Assembly (NCBI GenBank): GCA_963704065.1
Contig: CAVPGX010000008.1
Location: 29,852 to 93,851 of the forward strand
DNA: 64,000 nucleotides
Direction of reading: 5' to 3'
DNA from: an uncultured cyanobacterium
Lineage (GTDB): Bacteria > Cyanobacteriota > Cyanobacteriia > Leptolyngbyales > Leptolyngbyaceae
The notes beneath the pieces were generated by a model. It saw only the letters and a list, made by a program, of their open reading frames with translations, made no database searches and was not told the DNA's origin. The translations under genes and the position numbers were made by a program. Position 1 is the first letter of the stretch; the number at the start of each line of letters is the position of its first letter. Positions 55,215 to 64,000 of the stretch are shown piece by piece.

Positions 55215-55413
55215 CTTAACCAATCGGCAAACTGTCAACCATGACATCAAATCCCCCCGGAAAAATGGGCACGTTATAGAGAACCTTTTGTAGGATGAGG
55301 CAGGTCTATCCGACAGAAGACGGTATTCTGTTTTCCGTGATCGAGGGTACTGAATGTCAGGCAATTCTCACTGCTCGACAAAGTAGTTGTTTAAAGTCAT
55401 AGAGAGAAAAACT

Positions 55414-56601
55414 ATGAAAGCCATGATTTTGGCCGCGGGCAAAGGGACTCGGGTGCGCCCAATTACTTATACGATCCCTAAACCCATGATTCCAATTCTG
55501 CAAAAGCCAGTCATGGAATTTTTGCTGGAGTTGCTGCGGCAACATGGATTTGATGAAATTATGGTGAACGTTAGCCATCTAGCGAATGAGATTGAAGGAT
55601 ATTTTCGGGATGGTCAGCGCTTTGGCGTCCAAATTGCCTATTCCTTTGAGGGAAAAATTGTGGATGGGGAGCTGGTTGGTGAGGCTCTAGGCTCCGCCGG
55701 TGGCATGAAAAAAATCCAGGATTTTGCCCCTTTCTTTGATGACACATTCATCGTGCTCTGCGGCGATGCACTGATTGACCTTGATCTGACAGAAGCCGTA
55801 CGCTGGCATCGTGAAAAGGGCTCGATCGCCACGGTCATTATGAAAACGGTTCCCCACGAAGACGTATCGAGTTATGGGGTGGTCGTCACTGACGATGATG
55901 GCAAGATCAAAGCCTTCCAGGAAAAGCCGAGTGTGGACGAAGCCCTGAGTAACAATATCAATACAGGTATTTATATCTTCGAGCCGGAAGTGCTGAAATA
56001 TGTCCCTTCGGGCACTGAGTTCGACATTGGTGGAGAACTGTTCCCAAAACTGGTTGAAATGGGCGCGCCGTTCTATGGCTTGCCGATGGACTTCGAATGG
56101 GTTGATATTGGTAAGGTTCCCGACTACTGGCATGCTGTCCGGAGTGTGCTCAAGGGCGAAGTCAAGAATGTGCCAATTCCTGGTAAAGAAGTCAAGCCCG
56201 GTGTTTATACGGGGCTGAATGTTGCTGTCAATTGGGATAAAGTTCAGATTGAAGGCCCAGTTTATATTGGTGGCATGACGCAGATCGAAGACGGGGCAAA
56301 GATTATTGGTCCGGCGATGATTGGGCCTAGTTGCCACATTTGCAGTGGGGCGGTCGTCGATAACAGCATTGTGTTTGACTACTCACGTCTGGGTCCGGGC
56401 GTTCGTTTAGTCGATAAGCTGGTGTTTGGTCGCTACTGTGTCGATAAGACTGGGGCCACGATCGATGTTCAAGCGGCGGCCCTTGATTGGTTGATTATGG
56501 ATGCCCGTCATGCCCGACCCAACGCACCGGCCGTTGAGCATCAGGCGATTGCCCAGCTACTCGGGGTTGAGGATAGTAACCAGCCGATCACCTCGCGCTA
56601 A
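55414..56601 (+). CDS. cugP: NDP-sugar synthase; likely cyanobacterial UDP-glucose pyrophosphorylase
   Basis: MKAMILAAGKGTRVRPIT, FQEKP, WVDIGKVPDYW, hexapeptide C-terminus. Confidence 0.85.
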   Translation: MKAMILAAGKGTRVRPITYTIPKPMIPILQKPVMEFLLELLRQHGFDEIMVNVSHLANEIEGYFRDGQRFGVQIAYSFEGKIVDGELVGEALGSAGGMKKIQDFAPFFDDTFIVLCGDALIDLDLTEAVRWHREKGSIATVIMKTVPHEDVSSYGVVVTDDDGKIKAFQEKPSVDEALSNNINTGIYIFEPEVLKYVPSGTEFDIGGELFPKLVEMGAPFYGLPMDFEWVDIGKVPDYWHAVRSVLKGEVKNVPIPGKEVKPGVYTGLNVAVNWDKVQIEGPVYIGGMTQIEDGAKIIGPAMIGPSCHICSGAVVDNSIVFDYSRLGPGVRLVDKLVFGRYCVDKTGATIDVQAAALDWLIMDARHARPNAPAVEHQAIAQLLGVEDSNQPITSR

Positions 56602-56626
56602 GGCGGGATCAAACGACTTACAGCCA

Positions 56627-56697
56627 TGGGGGAAAGGTTTATGAACAGACCAGCATTTTTATTTTTGCTGGGTTTGTCGCATACGGATGCCTCCCCC
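56627..56697. terminator. Long imperfect hairpin between convergent cugP and cobS
   Basis: Inner CCAGCA/TGCTGG stem with outer GGGG/CCCC pairing. Confidence 0.5.
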
Positions 56698-56760
56698 TGC
56701 CAACCATCACCATCAACAATGACAGTTCAGCGGCTGCGCTGTGCTAAACGTCTGCCCGGT

Positions 56761-57549
56761 TTACGGGATAGTCGCAATGATATTCGCCAACAGTAAAATC
56801 GCCACCTCTGTCCACTCGACAATTGCGCCGTAGGTGTCTCCGGTCTGACCGCCAAATTGGGCATTAAACCAACTACCAACCCACAGGGCGATCACACCAC
56901 CACCCACAGCCAAGCCAAAGGCCCATTTGATAGTGGATAGACCAAATAATAAGGGAACAAAACATAGTCCGAACACCAGCAAAAACATTGGCACTGTCTG
57001 CCACGGTGAGGTGAGGGCAGTTTTATGAAAGGCACCTTTACCATTTGGTTTCAGATAGGGATAGCGACTGATCGCTGCTAGCTGTCCCCAGCGACCCCAA
57101 GCACAAGCTACGACTAGCACGCCGATCTGACTTGGACCGAGGTTAGTCAGGGCGATCGTCTTTAAACCTAAAATACCGATCGCTGCCATCACACCAAAAG
57201 CCCCCGATCGGCTATCAGCCATTACGGCCAACCGTTGGGTCGGATCAGTTACTGCCAGACCATCAGCAGCATCCATCGCTCCATCTAAATGCAAGCCGCC
57301 GGTGATTGCTAGCCATACAGCAACGACAATTGCGGCCGTCAAGTTGGGCATCAAACCTAAAGCTGTTAAGCCCAGTCCAATTCCACCGGCCAATAGTGCA
57401 ATACCCACACCGACAATCGGCGCAAACTGAGACATTCCATGGAACTCAACCGGTAACGCGCTTGGTAATGGCACACAGGTATAAAACATGATTGCGGCAT
57501 TTAATTGCGCCCAATTTGTTTTGCAGAGTTGCCTGAAACCAGCCATCAT
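56761..57549 (-). CDS. cobS: Adenosylcobinamide-GDP ribazoletransferase
   Basis: TGGLHLDGAMDAADGL, MADSRSGAFG, GGQTGDTYGA..E. Confidence 0.97.
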   Translation of the reverse strand: MMAGFRQLCKTNWAQLNAAIMFYTCVPLPSALPVEFHGMSQFAPIVGVGIALLAGGIGLGLTALGLMPNLTAAIVVAVWLAITGGLHLDGAMDAADGLAVTDPTQRLAVMADSRSGAFGVMAAIGILGLKTIALTNLGPSQIGVLVVACAWGRWGQLAAISRYPYLKPNGKGAFHKTALTSPWQTVPMFLLVFGLCFVPLLFGLSTIKWAFGLAVGGGVIALWVGSWFNAQFGGQTGDTYGAIVEWTEVAILLLANIIATIP

Positions 57550-58034
57550 TGATGAATAGAATAAAAGTTAAGTAAATCAGGTTGCCATTGAGCAGTGATT
57601 TATCCAGACTTGATGATGTTCAAGCCAGCACCAAGTTTGAGATTTGATCAAAGCTGCTACATTCGCCCAGCGAATCCGATATGGCCGCATAATACTATTC
57701 ATGCCTGACCGATGCATCCCCCCTCAGACAGCCATTGCTCAAAATGATACAAAGATATGAGCGTCAACTTTGGTTCGTGCCCCTGTAGCTGTAAATTCGG
57801 TCGGATTGAAAGAAATTACGCAAACTATCCGGATATAGATAGTTTGGATACAGAGGAATCTGTCCTAAGAATCATTGCTTTTAAGTAAAGGTTAGCTAAC
57901 ATTGAGGATAACGTTATGAGGCATCGCTAAACTCGCAGATCGATCAATCTGGGTCCGATCTCGAGCCGCTAATTGTGACTAGCGGTTTGGGCAAAGTATG
58001 AATCAACGGTATGTAAGCGATAAACTTTCAGTTT

Positions 58035-58493
58035 ATGAGTCAAGAATTTCAATCCGAACGTACTCACATCCCCGCCCCTTGCTTAGTCGATGCCGGGACG
58101 CTAGTCGATAAACGTGACATGCAGCGGCTGTTAGCTGATTTGAGCCGTGTGCGCTACATACATTTTCAAGATGGCCAGGCGGTGCGTGAAGGTGAGGGCT
58201 GTATCCTTGAAGTCTTTGCTGACACACACAGTGCGACGCTCGTTGCAAATCATGCGCTGTACTTAAATGTGGGCAGCTTCGATTGTTTAGAAATGCATTG
58301 TCTACCCGACGGGCAATCTTGCTTTGACCTGATTCAAGCTGATCGCCAACTGCGCTTGATCCCACTGTCTAACCCGCTACAGGTCCGTCCAGTCCGGCCA
58401 ATTAATACAGCGGCTTTGGAGGCGGTAGTTGCTGACGTACTTTCGGCTAGTTGGGATGCTCAGATCGATGATGAGGAATTGGGTGATCTGTAG
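58035..58493 (+). CDS. Hypothetical protein (152 aa)
   Basis: Clean ORF with acidic tail, co-oriented with tgt; resembles a cyanobacterial uncharacterised family. Confidence 0.8.
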   Translation: MSQEFQSERTHIPAPCLVDAGTLVDKRDMQRLLADLSRVRYIHFQDGQAVREGEGCILEVFADTHSATLVANHALYLNVGSFDCLEMHCLPDGQSCFDLIQADRQLRLIPLSNPLQVRPVRPINTAALEAVVADVLSASWDAQIDDEELGDL

Positions 58494-58550
58494 AGGATGC
58501 CGGAATATGAGGATCTAGCCGCTCAGTCGGCGGCAGCCGGTTCAGTTTAA

Positions 58551-59715
<1,165 letters not shown>

Positions 59716-59797
59716 GCACATTTGTGCTAAGTACATTGGCTAATGAGTACATTTGTTAAATTGTCGGTCAGTTATTTGCCCAAGGTGGCGGAGTTAC

Positions 59798-60973
59798 ATG
59801 TTGAAATCATCACGGTTATTGTGGGGCATTGGTGCGATCGGGCTAGTCGCGCTAGCGGTTATTGTGGCTGTGAATCTATCTAATTTAAGCCGCCGCAACG
59901 CCGCCGATCGCTTACGAGACAGTAGTAACGATCTACAACAATTTGATGACAGCCTCACATTTAGCAACGTCACGCTCGAACAGGCTGACGAGAACGGCCA
60001 GCTTTGGTGGAAAGTCAAGGCAACAAAGGCCAGTTACAGCCGTGATCAGAAGATTGCCACTGTAGAAAATCCTGAGGGGGAGCTGTTTCAGGATGGTAAG
60101 GCAATTTTCAAGCTCAAAGGCCAACAGGGAGAAATTATCCAAGACGGTAAATCAATTAAGCTGCGGGGCCCAATTACTGCAACTGATCTGCGGGATGGCA
60201 CCGTAATCCAAGGTAAAGAAATCGAATGGAAACCGGATGAAGATCAACTCCTCGTGCGCGACCAGTTTATGGCCCAGCATAAACAGCTGAAATTAGTAGG
60301 CAAAGAAGGTCGCTTCTATTCGCGCAAACGGGAAGCCGAGATTCTGGGGCAAGTGATTGTGGAAGTCAAAGAGCCAAGCCTACGGATCAACACGCAGCGT
60401 CTGAAATGGTGGCTTGACCAACAGCGCATTGAAACTCAACAACCGATCCAGATCAATCGCATTGAAAAAGGCAAAGTGACGGATCAAGCTGCGGCTAAAC
60501 AGGGTAGCTACAACTTTAAAGATCAAATTGCGATACTGAAAAATGACGCACAGGTGTTTATGCCGGGCCAAAAGCTGCAGGCGAAAAGCGACGAACTGGT
60601 CTGGAACTTAAAGCAAAAGCAAATCCTCGCAAAACAGCCGATTACCTTAATCAATGCGGCAGAAAAGGTAACCCTCAGCGGTGATCGGGGACAATTTGAT
60701 ATTACTAAAGAACTGGCGACCCTCACCGGTAACGTGCGCGGTCTGTCTCTATCGAATCAGGCGACAGTCAGCGCCGATAATCTGACTTGGTTTCTGAAAA
60801 CCCAATCCTTTGAAGCGACTGGCAATGTTACCTATCAACAAACTGATCCCCCTTTCAATCTCGTTGGGGCGAAGGCGACCGGTACAATTCAAAATCAGCA
60901 GGTGCAAATTAGCGGTGGCCCTGAAGCCGATAATCGGGTGGTGACTGAAATTGTGCCGAACTTCGGCCAGTAG
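59798..60973 (+). CDS. lptC: LPS export periplasmic protein LptC (extended cyanobacterial form)
   Basis: N-terminal TM, VTLEQADENGQLWWKV, repeated beta-jellyroll strands. Confidence 0.85.
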   Translation: MLKSSRLLWGIGAIGLVALAVIVAVNLSNLSRRNAADRLRDSSNDLQQFDDSLTFSNVTLEQADENGQLWWKVKATKASYSRDQKIATVENPEGELFQDGKAIFKLKGQQGEIIQDGKSIKLRGPITATDLRDGTVIQGKEIEWKPDEDQLLVRDQFMAQHKQLKLVGKEGRFYSRKREAEILGQVIVEVKEPSLRINTQRLKWWLDQQRIETQQPIQINRIEKGKVTDQAAAKQGSYNFKDQIAILKNDAQVFMPGQKLQAKSDELVWNLKQKQILAKQPITLINAAEKVTLSGDRGQFDITKELATLTGNVRGLSLSNQATVSADNLTWFLKTQSFEATGNVTYQQTDPPFNLVGAKATGTIQNQQVQISGGPEADNRVVTEIVPNFGQ

Positions 60974-61050
60974 CTCGATCGCGGAAAAGTACATTGCGCT
61001 GAATCCGGTGTATCGATCGTTCCCGTTCAATCTTCAAATTGACTATCGAT

Positions 61051-62412
61051 CTATGGCGAAACCGGCATTGAGCTTGGAATGATATTACGGACGGTGCTGC
61101 CCAGTTTGACTTCTTGTGCTTGCATCGGTCCAATTGGTATCACTGATGCAGGCGGTTGGGGTGGTGCCCCCCAGGTCTGCTGCAGCTGACGGAGTAACAC
61201 ATCTTGGCTCGCGCGCAGTCCTTCAAGATTGCTGCCCCGGTTGATAATTGTAAATACAACCAACCCCTGTTTTTGGGTTGGAACGACCCCAGCTAAAGCA
61301 CTGACTGTATTGAGTGTTCCAGTCTTCACAACAGCATGCTTTGGGATGGTGCGATCTTCGAGTGTCCCAATATCCGTTCCAGAAATTGGGAATAGATCGG
61401 CAATATTTAATTGATGCAGGCTGGCATAACGCTGAATCGCGGTAAACATTGCACTGGCTGCCTGCGGTGAAATCTGATTTTCCTCACCGAGCCCCGAACC
61501 ATTGATCAAACGCACCTGCGCTGGATCAATGTCGGCGGCCGCTGACGCCTTCTGAATCACGACCGATGGGCCACCCATCAGACTGGCTAGGGCATCGGCC
61601 ATGAAGTTGTTGCTATAGACATTCAAGCGTTTCAATAAGTTCCATAGGGGTAATGACTGATGCTGAACCAGCAATTGCCCTGTCGTTGGTGTGGCCTGCC
61701 GCACGTTACCGGCAATCACCACCTGGGGTTTTGGCGTGCCCTTTGGCATCTGGGTATATTGCTGCTCGATGATCGGCGTCCAGTTGGGAGCATTCAACGC
61801 CTGTCGCAATGACTCACCAGACTGAATCGGTTCCCACTCATAATTCATCCCAAAGTTGCCCGTGATCACTAAGTCTCCCGTGACCTGGCGAATCCCAAGG
61901 CGATTTAATGTATTTCCTAGAGCGATTGCCTCTTCCCAAACAAACAGCGGATCGCCGCCGCCTTGCACGATCAAATCGCCGTTGATTACCCCATTTTGCA
62001 GCTTGCCATTAGTCAGAATCTGCGTTTCAAATTGATGATTAGGCCCCCAAGTTTCCAGCGCTGCTAGACTTGTGGCGATCTTCGTTAAAGAAGCGGCTGG
62101 CAATGGCGTTTGACTCTGATTCTCGGCTAGCGGAAATAACCCGGACTGTAACCAGATACCTTGCGCTTGCGCTGATAAACCTACTGCTTGTAACGACTGG
62201 AGATAGCGTTGGACGATTGCTTGCGCTTCCGGATCACGTTGATCGAAGAGCGTTGACCAAGGTGCGGAAATTCGCTGATTAACGCCTACCGGATCGTTAA
62301 TTGTTAATAGCTGTGGCTGACCCAGCCAATTTAGCAGGCTTGGCCCAAAGCCAGCCAGCAAGGATAGATCGAATAACGAAACAACGGCAAATCGCGTCAG
62401 CAATGACAGCAT
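61051..62412 (-). CDS. dacB: D-Ala-D-Ala carboxypeptidase (PBP4, S13)
   Basis: ASLTK (SxxK), GGGDP, SNN, NGSGL, KTGTL. Confidence 0.92.
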   Translation of the reverse strand: MLSLLTRFAVVSLFDLSLLAGFGPSLLNWLGQPQLLTINDPVGVNQRISAPWSTLFDQRDPEAQAIVQRYLQSLQAVGLSAQAQGIWLQSGLFPLAENQSQTPLPAASLTKIATSLAALETWGPNHQFETQILTNGKLQNGVINGDLIVQGGGDPLFVWEEAIALGNTLNRLGIRQVTGDLVITGNFGMNYEWEPIQSGESLRQALNAPNWTPIIEQQYTQMPKGTPKPQVVIAGNVRQATPTTGQLLVQHQSLPLWNLLKRLNVYSNNFMADALASLMGGPSVVIQKASAAADIDPAQVRLINGSGLGEENQISPQAASAMFTAIQRYASLHQLNIADLFPISGTDIGTLEDRTIPKHAVVKTGTLNTVSALAGVVPTQKQGLVVFTIINRGSNLEGLRASQDVLLRQLQQTWGAPPQPPASVIPIGPMQAQEVKLGSTVRNIIPSSMPVSP

Positions 62413-62599
62413 GGAAAAACTCCACAATTGTTTGGCAAAAGCACGGGAATAGGACGTCACACAAAACCGGGCTACTAGGCTACGTGAATGTAACGATGTC
62501 AAGATTTTAGGCGATAATGATTCAGATGAATTGTATGCGCCGCTAAGTTGCATCAAGTTAGATAAGTTTTGAATTAGATTAAGTTTTGAACAATCTGTA

Positions 62600-63265
62600 A
62601 TGGTTCAGTCAAATCCCAACGTCGTTCTGAAGCGCCTGCCGATCGTCGTTGGCATTCTCGCCAGCACATTACTGGTCATCAATCGCATCGTTACTCCCAA
62701 TCTAGCGCCGTCGCAATCGCGCTCCGATGCCTTAGGAATTATTCTCAGCGCTGTGCTGGTATTGACCGGACTACTCTGGCAGAACTTCCAACCAAATCCC
62801 CCCGAACAAGTTGAACTCGTTGGTGAAAAAGGGTTTGAACTAGATGAGACCTTACCTGCGGCAATCCGTGCCGAACTTGCCTGGGCCTCCCAGCTATTGC
62901 TCAGCAACACCGTCACTCAATCAATCGTGATCTACTACCAAGGCAATGTGATTCTCCGCCGCGGCATCTTGGGTCAAAACCCTCAGCTCACCCCAGGCGC
63001 GATTGTCAAGCGTGTATTGGAAACCCAAAAGCCAGTCTACCTTGTCGCGCTCAAACTCTACCCCGGCCGCGTCGAATTTGACTATTTACCGGAAAATACC
63101 CAAGGGGTTATCTGCCAACCGATCGGCGCGCAAGGCGTCATGCTGCTTGGTGCCAATGTCCCCCGCAGCTATACCCAGCAAGACGAAGCCTGGATCGCTG
63201 GAATTGCCGAAAAGCTCAGCTATAGCCTTAGCTCCGACGATGTTGAATTGGTCACGAAAAGCTGA
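62600..63265 (+). CDS. Cofactor assembly of complex C subunit B (CCB2/CCB4 family)
   Basis: ELAWAS.LLL.NT, YPGRVEFDYLPENTQGVICQP, PRSYTQQDEAWI. Confidence 0.9.
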   Translation: MVQSNPNVVLKRLPIVVGILASTLLVINRIVTPNLAPSQSRSDALGIILSAVLVLTGLLWQNFQPNPPEQVELVGEKGFELDETLPAAIRAELAWASQLLLSNTVTQSIVIYYQGNVILRRGILGQNPQLTPGAIVKRVLETQKPVYLVALKLYPGRVEFDYLPENTQGVICQPIGAQGVMLLGANVPRSYTQQDEAWIAGIAEKLSYSLSSDDVELVTKS

Positions 63266-63460
63266 AATCGACAATGCTTTAATGCTGACGATCGTACTCA
63301 GTACAGCAAAATCCGTACTTTCAAACCGATCACTGCAGCCAACGGTTTGCGCTAGATTAAAAATACTCAACGCTAGTATGGCCGCACTCGCGCTTTGATG
63401 TTTAGAATACGCTGGAATTCCTGACATCAAGACCCACTAAACCACGATGGTATTTTTTTC

Positions 63461-63970
63461 ATGCTGATTTTGTATTGGGTATTGTTCGTCGTGATGTGTG
63501 TGGGGATTATTGGCGCTTTTTTACCGGCAATTCCCGGACCAACGCTGATTCTGGTCGCGATCGCGATTTGGGGTGTAGCCGTACAGAATTTTGCGGTAAT
63601 TGCATGGCCACTAGCGGTTGCAATCATCATTCTGCTATTTGGCATTGCCATCGACCTACTTGCGAGTCAGTTAGGGGCGAAAAAAGCCGGTGCCAGTCAG
63701 TGGGGCCAAATTGGGGCGATCGTTGGTATGATCTGCGGATTCCTTGGCTTGCTACCGACGCTACCCTTTGGTGGTCCACTGCTGGGATTGCTACTGGGCC
63801 CATTAATCGGGGCGATTGTCGGTGAATTACTCTACACCAAGGATCTACAAAAGTCGATCAAAGCGGGGGTTGGTATTGTGGTTGGTTCAGTCGTCGGTAA
63901 TGTGATTCAAGGCATTTTAGCGATTGTCCCAGTCGTCGTATTTTTGGTGACAACTTATCCCCCGAACTAG
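63461..63970 (+). CDS. DUF456 family membrane protein
   Basis: PAIPG, LGAKKAGASQWG.IGA.VG, GPLIGAIVGE. Confidence 0.9.
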   Translation: MLILYWVLFVVMCVGIIGAFLPAIPGPTLILVAIAIWGVAVQNFAVIAWPLAVAIIILLFGIAIDLLASQLGAKKAGASQWGQIGAIVGMICGFLGLLPTLPFGGPLLGLLLGPLIGAIVGELLYTKDLQKSIKAGVGIVVGSVVGNVIQGILAIVPVVVFLVTTYPPN

Positions 63971-64000
63971 GGCGGTCTGCGCTTAATCCCAGCAGCTTGT

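Overview
Chromosomal window from a cyanobacterium. This is supported by ndhL, ccb2, CBS-CP12, sufR, a flavodiiron pair and many HIP1 (GCGATCGC) octamers; a filamentous Leptolyngbya-like lineage is my guess only. Most of it is housekeeping: ftrC-sufBCDS with divergent sufR and two intact CAAC-N6-GTTG operators, pyrG, trpA, scpA, cugP, cobS, tgt, lptC, dacB and an intron-less tRNA-Leu(UAA). There are also three histidine kinase genes and several accessory genes. No CRISPR array, rRNA or transposase is seen. The most notable items are: (1) a 781-bp antitoxin/PIN-toxin cassette bounded by a 90-bp direct repeat of the sufR 3' end, which starts exactly at a HIP1 site and whose copies differ only at synonymous positions; (2) a large atypical sigma-70-like protein paired with a DUF1822 protein; (3) a serine-recombinase DNA-binding module with no catalytic domain; (4) a CspA-family cold-shock gene, uncommon in cyanobacteria; (5) an orphan RnfD/NqrB + DUF2330 pair. 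About eight single-base frameshifts, including one in tgt, are most likely assembly errors. All family assignments are from motif recognition by eye; no database searches were run.
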